The notes under the pieces: generated by a model
The model's input: the letters and a program-made list of their open reading frames with translations, nothing else
Told to the model about the DNA's origin: nothing
The model's database searches: none
Part shown: positions 9,615 through 20,329 of the stretch, piece by piece
Layout: every line of letters starts with the position of its first letter
Position numbering within the stretch: position 1 is the stretch's first letter
Origin: Promethearchaeota archaeon
Lineage (GTDB): Archaea > Asgardarchaeota > Lokiarchaeia > Sigyniarchaeales > SOKP01
DNA: 32,621 bases
Assembly (NCBI GenBank): GCA_016839765.1
Contig: JAEOTP010000044.1
Coordinates: 1-32,621, forward strand
Direction of reading: 5' to 3'
Program-made: the position numbers and the translations under genes

Positions 9615-10910
9615 TTAATCATTTCCCTCCTTACCTAATTGAAAGATCTTTTTAAAATTGATTATTAATTCTTCGTCATAGTCTTTTACTTTAGTTCCTT
9701 CTTCTCTTTCCTTACCTAATATCGATAATAAATCATGAGTTTTATTCTCTAAATCTTTTTTATTGATATCTTTAATTTTTATTTTTTGAACATGCTCATG
9801 AATAAGCGTATTTTCTATCTCTTCATTAGTTTTCCCAATAGAAACTCGAATAGAGGTATATTCCCTAGAAGAAAGCGCTACTTTATTAATTAAAACTTCA
9901 TAAGCACCTTTTTGTTTGAGTAATTGGATAATTTCATTAGTTTTAATTTCATATGGTTTGCCAGATGATAAAGTTCCATAAATACGTAGAGTGACAATTT
10001 TGTCTTTCACATTTAGATTATCTATCTTATCTTTCAAAATATTTTTTACTTGTATTGAAGTCTTATTATCACAATTGAAGTCGATACTAATTATTTCTTT
10101 AATTTTTAAGGGAATAAATTTGACATTAAAATCAGCTTCTTGAGTATTATGATTTATATCTCCAGAAATAATGCAAAATCCACCATATTTGTATTTTTCT
10201 AGTTCTCTAAAATTAGTAGGGGTTAATGCTCCAGGATAGATAACTTTAGTTTTTTCTGAAATCCTAATAATAGTTTTTTCTTTTCTTAATTCTGTAGGAA
10301 CAGTTTTGTGAAGATGCCCTCCAGCATAATAATGAAAATTAGATGGCAATAAGGATTTAGGAGCAGATTCCATATCTTTGAATTCAATTGGTTTTAATTC
10401 ATTTAACATCGTGTGCAAGATAAATATCTTAATTCCTTTTTCTTCCTCTAGATTCTTTTTATCTAATATTTTATAATCTTCAATCTCTAGACTACGCTTT
10501 CTTGCTCTTAATCCGGTCAGTTTAATATTAGTTTTCTGATCTAAGGTAAAATTAAGTATTAAATTATCTTCTGGTTTTTCTCCCTGAGAAACATCATTAA
10601 ATAATCCTGCTGTTATTAAAGGTCTAAGCATTGACTTATTTGAAGGAGAAAAATCATGAGAGCCCATAACACCATATACGGGAATTTCATGGTCTCTTAA
10701 TTTTTTTAACTCCTTAACTGCTAAATCTATAACATCTACTTTTGGATTACTAACATCAAAAAGATCTCCACTAATTATTACAAAATCTACTTTTTCTTCG
10801 ATAATTTTGTTAATTGCGGTTTCAAAAGCAAAATACCCCAGGTTATTTAACTTTTCATTTCTCCAAGCACCTAGGTGGCAATCAGCTAAATGTGCAAATT
10901 TTACTTTCAT
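9615..10910 (-). CDS. mre11: DNA repair nuclease Mre11 (SbcD family)
   Basis: Phosphoesterase motifs ADCHLG, SGDLFD, GSHD, LH, GGHLH; adjacent to rad50. Confidence 0.95.
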   Translation of the reverse strand: MKVKFAHLADCHLGAWRNEKLNNLGYFAFETAINKIIEEKVDFVIISGDLFDVSNPKVDVIDLAVKELKKLRDHEIPVYGVMGSHDFSPSNKSMLRPLITAGLFNDVSQGEKPEDNLILNFTLDQKTNIKLTGLRARKRSLEIEDYKILDKKNLEEEKGIKIFILHTMLNELKPIEFKDMESAPKSLLPSNFHYYAGGHLHKTVPTELRKEKTIIRISEKTKVIYPGALTPTNFRELEKYKYGGFCIISGDINHNTQEADFNVKFIPLKIKEIISIDFNCDNKTSIQVKNILKDKIDNLNVKDKIVTLRIYGTLSSGKPYEIKTNEIIQLLKQKGAYEVLINKVALSSREYTSIRVSIGKTNEEIENTLIHEHVQKIKIKDINKKDLENKTHDLLSILGKEREEGTKVKDYDEELIINFKKIFQLGKEGND

Positions 10911-10959
10911 ATGTAATAACTTAAATAATATTTTGTTCTATATAAAGAAAAAAAAATAA

Positions 10960-12528
10960 TTATGAGAATCCAGGTGATATTTTCTTTATCTTTTTTTCAG
11001 GTTTTATACTAGCTTTTATCAAATCATCGAATAAAGGAATTATTATTGGTATTGCAAATTTTGTAAAATTAGAGGTAACTATTGCCTCACCGATATCTAA
11101 ACTTGCGATAGTTTGACTATCATCTGATAAATCTTGAGCAGAGCTTTCAATTAAAGTCCGTCGCTCGGGTCCCATTTCATTACCAAGTATTATTTTAGTA
11201 TTCATATTGGCAAGAATTTCTCTAGGTATTAGGCTTGGTAATTGAGTAATTCCAATTAAGCCAATCTTAAATTTCCTCCCCTCTCTAGCAATTTTGCCAA
11301 AGACATTTTCTTTAGCTTCTAATGCTTTAATACCAATAACTCGAGGAGCTTCCTCAAGTATAATTGTTATTACAGGTTTATCTTCTAATCGATCATTAAA
11401 TTTATAATTCTTATATCGATTAAAAATACTCTCAACAATAATAGTAGCAATAAAAATTTCTTCCCTCCCGGAAAATAAGGAGCTATCAATAATTACAGTT
11501 TTTCCATCAATCAAGAAATTAATAATATCTTCAATTGTAGATTCATACCCATTAAGGTAATATATACCATTTTCAATTATATTATCATTATCATCAAATC
11601 CAAAATCAAGTAATAGAGCCAATTTTCTACGTAATACCGATAAAGTAATCGGATTTATTCCATTAGGTAATAGTTCATTTTTATCAAAAATCTTTTGTAT
11701 CCATTCTTTTTTATATAATCTATAATATAAAATAAGGGCATCACTTTGAGGCTGAGAAAGGTCTATACTACCTAAAACATGGCTAGGATAAAGATATTTT
11801 GTATTAAATTTCAAATCAAGTTTTCCAGAAACATTCCTTAATGTATAATATTTTATGAATTTATTACTATTAAGATGTTCCTTAAGACCCTTGACCTTTG
11901 GAGTTCCATAATACTCATTATGAGGATCAAAAACTAATTTTCCACAAGAATCATTTTCAATAATATTATAGAGAATAACCTTAACTAAATTTGATTTACC
12001 TCTACCAGTAGTCGCAGGTATTAAGACATGATGTCGTAGAATTTCAGAAGCGCTAACATTAACATCTATATCTAATGTTTTAGAACCAGACCTAACTTTT
12101 CCTAAAGTAATTGGATCTTCAATACTCATTTCTTTAAAAAAATGTAAATGCTCTTCTCTAATTTCAAATAGATCTCCAAAGAATTGAGGGAGCTTTTTTG
12201 GTAAATATAATCCATTATCTCTAACTTTTATTAGAGGTTTTGCTAATGCTAAAATATAATTTCTCAATTCTGGCTCATATATCTTAAGATCTACACCTTC
12301 TCTCTCTAAACCATATCCCGCAATTAATTCTAAAGAGGTATCTGGAATTTGGCTACCATAATATAGATCCTTAATTTGATATATTGAATAATCATCCTTG
12401 TCCTTTCCAGCTACAAATAATTGCCCTAATTCAAATTCTTCATCAGATTTTTGTCTTAGTATAAGTCTAACAAAAGAACCAGAAACGAAACTTCCGATTT
12501 TTTTTCCTAAATTGGTCATATTAATCAT
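10960..12528 (-). CDS. herA: HerA helicase/translocase
   Basis: N-terminal HAS barrel, Walker [16 protein letters not shown], Walker B LEEAP, AREGRKF, ITQLP; start at 12528 or 12519. Confidence 0.93.
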   Translation of the reverse strand: MINMTNLGKKIGSFVSGSFVRLILRQKSDEEFELGQLFVAGKDKDDYSIYQIKDLYYGSQIPDTSLELIAGYGLEREGVDLKIYEPELRNYILALAKPLIKVRDNGLYLPKKLPQFFGDLFEIREEHLHFFKEMSIEDPITLGKVRSGSKTLDIDVNVSASEILRHHVLIPATTGRGKSNLVKVILYNIIENDSCGKLVFDPHNEYYGTPKVKGLKEHLNSNKFIKYYTLRNVSGKLDLKFNTKYLYPSHVLGSIDLSQPQSDALILYYRLYKKEWIQKIFDKNELLPNGINPITLSVLRRKLALLLDFGFDDNDNIIENGIYYLNGYESTIEDIINFLIDGKTVIIDSSLFSGREEIFIATIIVESIFNRYKNYKFNDRLEDKPVITIILEEAPRVIGIKALEAKENVFGKIAREGRKFKIGLIGITQLPSLIPREILANMNTKIILGNEMGPERRTLIESSAQDLSDDSQTIASLDIGEAIVTSNFTKFAIPIIIPLFDDLIKASIKPEKKIKKISPGFS

Positions 12529-12535
12529 ACATCTC

Positions 12536-13666
12536 TCATTTTCTTATTTTATTTAGAATATCATGAGCATCTACGGAGCGTAGACGTGGTAATATGAATT
12601 TGTTGAAAATATCCTTGTCAAATTCAATTAATAATTGTATTTTGTAAGATTCGACTTCCTTTTTTGAGATTCTTGCTAATTGGTCTACTTTTATCAAACC
12701 ATATGGATAACCTAAAAATGTAGGATCATTTGAATTATTAGTAATATTAGATATTATAATTTCTCTTTCTTGTTTACTTAAATTGTTAGATTGCTCAATA
12801 TAAATATCAAATCGAAAAGAATAAGGTGAATCCTTATTAAATTTGACAAAGAAAAGATCTGCTTGATTATCAACCCTTGTAATTTTTTTAATCGGGTAAT
12901 AATACCATGGATCTTTAGGAAATTTTGAATTACCTATTAGATTTATTTGGAAATTTAAGGAATCTCCACTTTGGTTTAATAAGCGACATGATTTTGAAAG
13001 TCCTGTGATATAAACATTTTTATTAATCCCTGCGGAATAAACTTCATTAGCTAATCTAATCTCTTTAGGGTAACCAGTTTGTAATGATCCATCTCGAATA
13101 AAAATATCTCCTTTACCCAATTCATTGAGAATAAAGTGTTTTGCATATGTCCACTCAGTAAAGCGCATTGCTATTCCACCATGATTTTCTATCGGCATCA
13201 AAAACTTACCTTGCATTCTAATTGAAGGATCTTTTAAGGGAATCAGTATATCTTCTTGAGGTAGATAATTGCTATAACTACTTTCTTTTGGAAAAAGCGA
13301 AGTTCTAAAAATTATTTCGCCATTACCATTCTTTTCAGAAATGGTTGCTGAATAAAATTCAATAATAGGTGGTAATTTTTCTGGGGCATTTAATTTTTCT
13401 GAATCCAAAATAATTCCAGCAACTCGGCAGATACTAATATTAAAATCAGAACCCTTTATTATAGGTTCAGTACCGCCATCTACAAAACCTAGTTTTCGGT
13501 AATCTTTTACTTCAGGTATTTTGAAAATCCTATCATCAGAAATGACAAAGGCCTTTTCGCCATCTTCAATAGTTAAAGCGGATTCTTCTTCCTTAAAATC
13601 TTTTTTATGATTTTGTATAAATCTTATACAATTACGAAGAGCAGAGAATTTTTCAGTTGTTTTCAT
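12536..13666 (-). CDS. nurA: NurA 5'-3' nuclease
   Basis: [31 protein letters not shown] motifs; operon with herA-mre11-rad50. Confidence 0.9.
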   Translation of the reverse strand: MKTTEKFSALRNCIRFIQNHKKDFKEEESALTIEDGEKAFVISDDRIFKIPEVKDYRKLGFVDGGTEPIIKGSDFNISICRVAGIILDSEKLNAPEKLPPIIEFYSATISEKNGNGEIIFRTSLFPKESSYSNYLPQEDILIPLKDPSIRMQGKFLMPIENHGGIAMRFTEWTYAKHFILNELGKGDIFIRDGSLQTGYPKEIRLANEVYSAGINKNVYITGLSKSCRLLNQSGDSLNFQINLIGNSKFPKDPWYYYPIKKITRVDNQADLFFVKFNKDSPYSFRFDIYIEQSNNLSKQEREIIISNITNNSNDPTFLGYPYGLIKVDQLARISKKEVESYKIQLLIEFDKDIFNKFILPRLRSVDAHDILNKIRK

Positions 13667-13986
13667 CTTAAAATTATGAATTTTCTGAGATTTTCAATTT
13701 AACTGTTATTCACTTATATATTACAATAAGATTTGTTCAAAATCTTTAAAGTTATATATTATAATCTTAATAATGTATCAAACATCTGATTTTTAAAGCT
13801 AATGGAGTGTTGAAATTTAAAAATTTTTATAATCACCTAAAAGATTATTGAATTAGAGTATCTGTTTCTAAATAATAGGTTAATAAACTTAGGTTTGTTC
13901 TACTCGATATTATAAAAAATATATAAAAAAAAAGAGAAATTGATGTTTTTTTGTTTGACTGGAGAGAATAAATATTCTCTATTAGT

Positions 13987-14274
13987 TTACTTTGGAGGTG
14001 CTAATACGATCTCAATGCTTGAGACGTTATTACTTTGACCATTTTCACCTTCTAATTGTTCAGTGGAGAGCGTAATACCTTTGTATTCTGTACCTTTTAG
14101 GAATCTGTTTCTTAAAATCTCACATACATCTACTGCATGAGAGATTGCTCTTCCACGGGCCTTAACTGTGCAGTCTTCACCTTTGTTAAGGATCATCATA
14201 GTCGCCATTACATAATTCATTGTTGGGCGGCGACCAACAAAGACAGAATTTGCTTCTTTTGCTTCTCTTGCCAT
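13987..14274 (-). CDS. albA: Archaeal chromatin protein Alba
   Basis: VGRRPTMNYV, KARGRAISHAVDVCE, NVSSIEIVL. Confidence 0.95.
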   Translation of the reverse strand: MAREAKEANSVFVGRRPTMNYVMATMMILNKGEDCTVKARGRAISHAVDVCEILRNRFLKGTEYKGITLSTEQLEGENGQSNNVSSIEIVLAPPK

Positions 14275-14348
14275 GTTTATAACCTCTCTGTTTTTTTTTG
14301 CTTTATTTTGTTTAATTATTAGTTTTTTTGTTTTTATGGATGTTTTAA

Positions 14349-14368
14349 TCGTAATTATTCAATTACGA
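14349..14368. promoter_or_regulatory. 8-bp inverted repeat TCGTAATT-attc-AATTACGA upstream of alba
   Basis: Exact reverse-complement arms about 75 nt upstream of the alba start; function inferred. Confidence 0.4.
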
Positions 14369-14506
14369 GTAATAACATTTCTTTTGAATATTTGGTATCA
14401 TAAAAATCTTATTATCTATTTAATAAGGATTTTTAATGCTATAATTCTGTAAAAATCAGTATTTATATAATTTTGAAGAAATAATAGTTAAGCGACTTTC
14501 TCAGTA

Positions 14507-15142
14507 TTAAGCTCTTTTTTTTTTTTCTTTTTTTTCCTTTTCGTCATCTTCCTTTAGAACATCTCGTATAATACTAATAATGAGAACTACGGAAATAATA
14601 ATAAGTAATGGTATCAATAAACCTGAATCAGTGAGAATAATTTTTACCCAACCGATCCAAGGTATTATTACCCGTACTACTCCATAGATCTTATAGTCTG
14701 GAACCCAATATTCAAGCGGGTAGCCATCAACATTAGGATTATTATCACCTTTGGTTTGAAATTCCCAGCGACTTTTGTTCACGTTATATGTTTTATTTAC
14801 AACTCGGTGTACTACGGGCTCGTCTGGTGGTGAGAGCCATACTCCATGAGCATCAAATACTATGATATCACCATCTTTATTTTCAACAGTACCAGTCCTA
14901 ATATCAGCAGGATTGATGCCTCTCACAAAAAGTAAATCTCCTTCGTTTAAAGTAGGCTTCATTGAACCAGACACTACAACAACAATTGGAGTTTCAGTAT
15001 TTAAGGCAACTTGTAGTATGAAATAGATTAGAAATGAGCCAAAAAAAGCTACACTAATCATAACTACCGCAATTATTACTTTCTTTTTAGAGACAGGTTT
15101 CTTTTCTTTCTTAGGAATTGTTTCTGAGCTGTTCTCTTTCAT
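14507..15142 (-). CDS. sec11: Signal peptidase I, archaeal/Sec11 type (S26B)
   Basis: VVVSGSMKP (catalytic Ser), GDIIVF, VVHRV (His), TKGDNN; N- and C-terminal TM helices. Confidence 0.93.
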   Translation of the reverse strand: MKENSSETIPKKEKKPVSKKKVIIAVVMISVAFFGSFLIYFILQVALNTETPIVVVVSGSMKPTLNEGDLLFVRGINPADIRTGTVENKDGDIIVFDAHGVWLSPPDEPVVHRVVNKTYNVNKSRWEFQTKGDNNPNVDGYPLEYWVPDYKIYGVVRVIIPWIGWVKIILTDSGLLIPLLIIISVVLIISIIRDVLKEDDEKEKKEKKKRA

Positions 15143-15467
15143 AATACAAATAATTTATATTTCCTTTGTCTAAATAAATAAATATGGAAATTTAAATTTT
15201 GTTTAAAAAGATAACAATTTTTCAGATTTTCTATAAAGTGTTATATTTCCGAAGAAAATAATCATAACATTAATTTCCTCTATGAGTTTTAGAGAAAATC
15301 AATTATTTTATTTCTACCAAAAAATATCAACAAAATTTTTTTAATTGAAAAAATAAAATTGAATTGATCAAAGTGAGATAGTATTTTATATAATCACATC
15401 TTAATCTTAAGATATTAGAAGATCGTTTCGATCATAGGTATTAATTTCTAGGGTGAGGTTGAAAAGT

Positions 15468-15983
15468 ATGTTTATGGAGAACCCTGTTTTAAAAGATTAT
15501 ATAATCAACGATATAATAAGAGAAATAGAAGATATTGGCTTTAAAATTGAGAAAGTGTATGTAGAACATTTTGTTGATAATTTTCAAGAAGAATATCATC
15601 GATTACCCAAAAAGAATGAAATAAATTCTATTGCAAAGAGTTATATTAAAATCTTGAAAGATGATGACAAGGATCAGTTTATTAAAGTACCATTTGAAAA
15701 AGAAAAAAGCCTTTCTGAGCAAATGGAACCTGTTATCAAAAATTTTGTACAAAAAAAGAATTTAATGAAATCAATTGCAAGTGAACCTATTTTTAAATTT
15801 TCTGGAGAAATACTAAAAATTCCTAAACCAGAAGGTCGAAGAGTATGCCCGATCTGTGGTGATGAAAGTTGGTTTAAAATTCACGAAACTATAGATAAAA
15901 GTTATATTATATGTCATTATCCACGTATTTATGGTAAAAAATATTCTTGTTCTGGTTGTGGATGCCAATGGAGGGAAGGATAA
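15468..15983 (+). CDS. Hypothetical protein with C-terminal Zn-ribbon
   Basis: CPIC...CSGC pair; GGTGAGG SD-like motif favours ATG at 15468 over GTG at 15453. Confidence 0.75.
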   Translation: MFMENPVLKDYIINDIIREIEDIGFKIEKVYVEHFVDNFQEEYHRLPKKNEINSIAKSYIKILKDDDKDQFIKVPFEKEKSLSEQMEPVIKNFVQKKNLMKSIASEPIFKFSGEILKIPKPEGRRVCPICGDESWFKIHETIDKSYIICHYPRIYGKKYSCSGCGCQWREG

Positions 15984-16081
15984 AGTTTTCCTCTCATAAC
16001 TAGTATGCTACCTTTATTTAAATAAAGATTTAAATAGTTCAATATTTAAAATTATATTACTAAATAATCTTAGGTTTTTTT

Positions 16082-17062
16082 ATGGAAGCAGAACATGCGA
16101 TAGTCTATAATCCAATTGCTAATAAAGGTAAAGTAGGAACAGATATTGGAATCGTAACTAAATATTTAGATGATTTAAACGTTTTATACAAACTTTATTC
16201 AACTGAATATGCTGGTCATGCCATTGAATTAGCTAATAGACTTGCCAAAGATGGCTATAGAGTGATAGCTGCTGGTGGAGATGGAACTGCAAATGAGGTG
16301 TTTCATGGAACGATAACATCGAATTCAGGAGCGCTTTGTGGATTTATTCCGATGGGTTCTGGAAACGATATTCCTGCTGCGGTAGGATATAGAGCAGATA
16401 TTAAACGAGCATGTGAAATTATAGCTGAGGGATATTCAAGTAAATGTGATATTGGATTTGCTATAACTGATGATGAAGTCGAAAGATACTTCCTCGGGAT
16501 TGGGAGTCAAGGATTTGATTCTGAAGTTGCTCGAAGATCAAATGAAAATAAAGAAAAAGACTATAATTTGATACTTCTTGACTTATTAAGATCATGGGAA
16601 AATAAAGAAATTATCGTTAAAATGGATAATGATACCTTTGAAGGTGAAGCTAATCTTGCAGCTGTAGGACTTTCTGGAGCTTATGGGGGGGGTATGTTTA
16701 TTTGCCAAAGAGCTAGTATTGACGATGGCCTTTTTGATATAAGTATCGTAAATATTGATAAAGTTAAATTAGCTAGACAATTTAGAAGAATGTACAACGC
16801 CTCTCTTCTACCACATCCAAATATCGAGGAATATCAGAGTAAAAAAGTAAGAGTTGAAATGAGGAACCTTGAAGATGAGCCATACTCAAGTCAAGTAGAT
16901 GGTGAGGTATTGGGACCACTTCCCATCACTTATGAATGTATCCGAGATGGATATGAATTCATTCGGCCAAGAACAAATGAATTTGCTGAAGAATTTAAAC
17001 AAAGATACGGACATTACATGTGGGAATGTTGGGACGAATTAGAAAAACGTAAAAGCGATTAA
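16082..17062 (+). CDS. Diacylglycerol-kinase family lipid kinase (YegS/DAGK_cat)
   Basis: YNPIA, TEYAGHA, AGGDGT, IPMGSGND, DDGLFD, QVDGE. Confidence 0.92.
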   Translation: MEAEHAIVYNPIANKGKVGTDIGIVTKYLDDLNVLYKLYSTEYAGHAIELANRLAKDGYRVIAAGGDGTANEVFHGTITSNSGALCGFIPMGSGNDIPAAVGYRADIKRACEIIAEGYSSKCDIGFAITDDEVERYFLGIGSQGFDSEVARRSNENKEKDYNLILLDLLRSWENKEIIVKMDNDTFEGEANLAAVGLSGAYGGGMFICQRASIDDGLFDISIVNIDKVKLARQFRRMYNASLLPHPNIEEYQSKKVRVEMRNLEDEPYSSQVDGEVLGPLPITYECIRDGYEFIRPRTNEFAEEFKQRYGHYMWECWDELEKRKSD

Positions 17063-17111
17063 ATTTTTTTATTCAATTTTCTAGTTATAATAAAATAAAT
17101 AATTATTGATA

Positions 17112-17735
17112 ATGGACATTTGGAATTCTATTTTTACTGAAAAAGGTAAAGTATTCATAGAACCTCATCCTGACATGGAAAAAATTGTAGAAATTTTCCA
17201 TGAAAGAAAATTCAGAAAGATACTTGATCTTGGATGCGGTACAGGAAGACATTTAATTTATTTTTCTAAACATGGTTTTGAAGTATATGGGCTGGATGCT
17301 GCTCCTAAAGGTTTAGAAATTGCCCAACAGTGGCTAATTAAGGAAAATTTTAAAGCAAAATTAACTCAACATAGAATCGAGAATCAATTTCCTTTCGAAG
17401 ATAACTTTTTTGACGTTATTATTTCAATCCAAGTAATCCATCATAACTTAATGAAAGACATTTTATTTACAATAAAAGAAATCGAAAGGATTTTAAAAAA
17501 AGGGGGCTACATATTTATAACCTTTCCAATATTAAATGAAGGAACTAAAATAGATAAGTGGGAATTAAAAGAAATAGAAAAAGGGACATATATTCCTTTA
17601 ACAGGACCAGAAAAAGACTTACCTCACCACTTTTTTACTATAGAAGAAATTCATGAAGTCTTTAGATCTTTTAATTTATTAGAAGTATATACAGATAAAT
17701 CAAAACATCGAGCTATTTTAGGAGTGAAAAAATAA
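17112..17735 (+). CDS. Class I SAM-dependent methyltransferase
   Basis: ILDLGCGTGRH, YGLD, FDVIIS, RILKKGG. Confidence 0.92.
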   Translation: MDIWNSIFTEKGKVFIEPHPDMEKIVEIFHERKFRKILDLGCGTGRHLIYFSKHGFEVYGLDAAPKGLEIAQQWLIKENFKAKLTQHRIENQFPFEDNFFDVIISIQVIHHNLMKDILFTIKEIERILKKGGYIFITFPILNEGTKIDKWELKEIEKGTYIPLTGPEKDLPHHFFTIEEIHEVFRSFNLLEVYTDKSKHRAILGVKK

Positions 17736-17752
17736 ATATTGTGAACTTTTTT

Positions 17753-18214
17753 TTAACCTAAATCATATTCAATGAATAATTTTTTAAAAAAAGTTTGCCA
17801 TCCGGCTAATTTTCCTAATTCTGTCGCTGCTTTAGAATATCTTATTATAATTCCAACATTTCCTTCAAATTTTAATCTACCCGACATTATAAATTGAGTT
17901 GGATTGATTCTTTTTGTACGCATCTCTTTCCAAATATTAAGTGGTGCTCTTAAGATTAATATAGAATTCCGTGGAGGATCTTCATTTGGAGCCAGTAATT
18001 TTATTCCCAAACATTTACCGTCTTTAAGGTCTAGATATATTCTAATATCATCTTTAATCTCACCACTAGCCCCCAGCACCCACAGTAGAAATCCCTCAAA
18101 TCCTACTCCCCACCCTTTTGCTGCTTGATTATATTCTAAGCTGTTATTAATAGTTTTACAAAATTCTTTTGTAAAATTGCCACTCAGTTTTAGCAGCCCT
18201 TCGTATTTTAGCAT
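17753..18214 (-). CDS. SCP2 sterol/lipid-binding domain protein
   Basis: YLDLKDGKC ... INPTQFIMSGRLKFEGN, typical SCP2 C-terminal signature. Confidence 0.85.
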   Translation of the reverse strand: MLKYEGLLKLSGNFTKEFCKTINNSLEYNQAAKGWGVGFEGFLLWVLGASGEIKDDIRIYLDLKDGKCLGIKLLAPNEDPPRNSILILRAPLNIWKEMRTKRINPTQFIMSGRLKFEGNVGIIIRYSKAATELGKLAGWQTFFKKLFIEYDLG

Positions 18215-18257
18215 GGTTCAAAAAATTCTTATTCTTAAAATAACAATATCTCTTATA

Positions 18258-19070
18258 ATGGATTTTACGTGGGATATTATAATTATTTTATTATTATTAG
18301 GGTCTTTATTTGGGATACTCAGTACAATAACCGGAACAGGAGGAGGTGTTTTTTATGTTAGTTTTATTACTCTATTTTTCTTAATCCCAATTAATGTTTC
18401 AATTGACACCTCTAATTTTATTATCTTATTAACCTCTGCTTCAGGATTTATAATGTATTTGAAAGATAAAAGAACTAATTTAAAACTTTCCTTGATATTT
18501 AGTGGATTTTCAATAATTGGATGTTTATTAAGCACGTTATTATTGGTATTTGTAAAAATAGATATCACAATGCTAAAATTATTATTTGCCACTTTATTAA
18601 TCATTATTGGATTATATATGGTCTATAAAACTATTCATAAGCATAGAAATTCAAATAACGATAATAATAACAAGTTGTTTAATGAAGATCTTTCTTTTTT
18701 AAAAAGTATTGACTATAAAACTAAATTAAAGAAAACTATACCTCTTTTCTTATTAGCAGGTTTCGCTTCAAATCTCTTAGGAATTGGTGGTGGTGTGATT
18801 ATAACTCCTGCCTTAAATCTCCTCTTGAATTTTCCAATTCATTATGCTACAGCAGTTTCAACATCTATAGTATTCTTTTTAGCCATTTACAATTCACTAT
18901 CGAAACTACTATTTGGCCAGGTAGAACTAATATTAGGATTGTTAATGGGGTTAGGGTCCATTTTAGGTGCGATTATTGGAGCTAAGATTTCGAAAAAAAT
19001 GCCAAAATTTTATCTCAAGTTGTTTGTAGCAATAGTTTTAATAGGTTTAGCTATTAGAATGTATTTTTAA
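18258..19070 (+). CDS. TauE/SafE (TSUP) family exporter
   Basis: Duplicated GxGGG motifs (GTGGG, GIGGG), ATAVS, multiple TM helices; ATG 18258 avoids overlap with the SCP2 gene. Confidence 0.9.
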   Translation: MDFTWDIIIILLLLGSLFGILSTITGTGGGVFYVSFITLFFLIPINVSIDTSNFIILLTSASGFIMYLKDKRTNLKLSLIFSGFSIIGCLLSTLLLVFVKIDITMLKLLFATLLIIIGLYMVYKTIHKHRNSNNDNNNKLFNEDLSFLKSIDYKTKLKKTIPLFLLAGFASNLLGIGGGVIITPALNLLLNFPIHYATAVSTSIVFFLAIYNSLSKLLFGQVELILGLLMGLGSILGAIIGAKISKKMPKFYLKLFVAIVLIGLAIRMYF

Positions 19071-20253
19071 TTTTTATTCTTGAATTGTTATCTTTTTTCT
19101 TAACATAAATTCTTCTGATTAGAAGAATTACTAATGAAGAAACTCCAATTATTGCAAAAAAAATGATAAGAAAAATCAATAATTCTGTATCTAATACATT
19201 GATATCTTGTTTCCATGGATAATTACCTTGGTAATCATTAGAAGGAATACCTAAATAATTATTATAGACAAATTGCTCGACAGTCCGACCTGTGATTTCA
19301 AGACTCATATTGGAAATATGAGAAAGATCATCTTGAGTAGTATGATGATAAGGCCATTCAGGATTATCCCAAAATTTTATTATTAAATCTGCAGAAGGAA
19401 TCCCAATATTGATAAAAGCAACATGATCGTCAGTAATAGTTGCCGAATAAGGATCTGTGGGAAATTGAGTTGTATATCCTAGTTGCCTTCCTATTTCAAA
19501 TAATTCTTCTAATAATGATGAGGTCGAGTGTTGCTCATTGATAAATTGTAAATTTTCACTTCCAACCATATCTAATAAAAGCATACAATCAAAGTACTCT
19601 TTTGAGGAATTATAGAAGTTATTGATATTATTTACAAAACTTCTTGATCCTTCACACCAATCCCATCCTTCTATTCCAGCAGCATAGTCATAACCCTGAT
19701 CTTCTGCATCAAAAAATAAAAACCAAATTTGACAACTTAAATTTATTCTTCTTTCATATAAAGCTCTTGCTAATTCGATTAATACGGCACAACCACTCGC
19801 ACCATCATTAGCACCTGGAACTGGCTTTGTTCTATTAGTAATTATTGGATCTTTTGTCGCTCTTGCTCTAGAGTCATAATGTGTACCTAAAATAACGATG
19901 TTGCTGAAATTTTCATTGAGTTTGAATAGAACATTTTGACATTCTATTGAATGAACTGTGAAATTATGTAATATATATGAAAAATTAGTAGTTATCTGCT
20001 GAAATTTTGTTATAAAATATTGAGCACATTGCTCTCTTCCTTGAGTACCAGGAATTCGAAAATGAGTTTGATTTATTAGAATTTGTTCCTCCACATGAAT
20101 ATATGCATTATCACCCTCAAATTTCAATTGTATGTCAATATTTTCTATATTAGTCCCTTTAATTAAAAGTAAAGGTAACAAAAATCCGCTAGATATTATT
20201 ACAATTAGTAGGATTATTACAAAGATTTTGTATGATTTCTTTATAGGCTCCAC
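19054..20253 (-). CDS. Membrane-anchored M28-family Zn enzyme, glutaminyl-cyclase-like
   Basis: HYDSR, GANDGASG, FFDAED, LLDMVG, DDH, HHT motifs; N- and C-terminal TM helices; many N-x-S/T sequons. Confidence 0.85.
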   Translation of the reverse strand: MEPIKKSYKIFVIILLIVIISSGFLLPLLLIKGTNIENIDIQLKFEGDNAYIHVEEQILINQTHFRIPGTQGREQCAQYFITKFQQITTNFSYILHNFTVHSIECQNVLFKLNENFSNIVILGTHYDSRARATKDPIITNRTKPVPGANDGASGCAVLIELARALYERRINLSCQIWFLFFDAEDQGYDYAAGIEGWDWCEGSRSFVNNINNFYNSSKEYFDCMLLLDMVGSENLQFINEQHSTSSLLEELFEIGRQLGYTTQFPTDPYSATITDDHVAFINIGIPSADLIIKFWDNPEWPYHHTTQDDLSHISNMSLEITGRTVEQFVYNNYLGIPSNDYQGNYPWKQDINVLDTELLIFLIIFFAIIGVSSLVILLIRRIYVKKKDNNSRIKIKNTF

Positions 20254-20329
20254 CTGAAAATTATTTGAATAATATTCTTATTTCTGTTAAAAAATTATAG
20301 AAAAAAATAAATAAAAAATGTAATGAAAT

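Noticed and set aside
9611-12528. Identical ATGATTAATATG (MINM) at the starts of rad50 and herA
   Set aside because: Most likely a shared ribosome-binding/spacer sequence ahead of the true second ATG in AT-rich DNA, not a mobile or regulatory repeat
10960-13666. HerA plus nuclease as an anti-phage pair (Sir2-HerA/Nezha-like)
   Set aside because: Partner is NurA and linkage to mre11-rad50 marks the housekeeping repair operon
15421-15433. Small hairpin GATCG-TTT-CGATC upstream of the Zn-ribbon gene
   Set aside because: 5-bp arms are expected by chance
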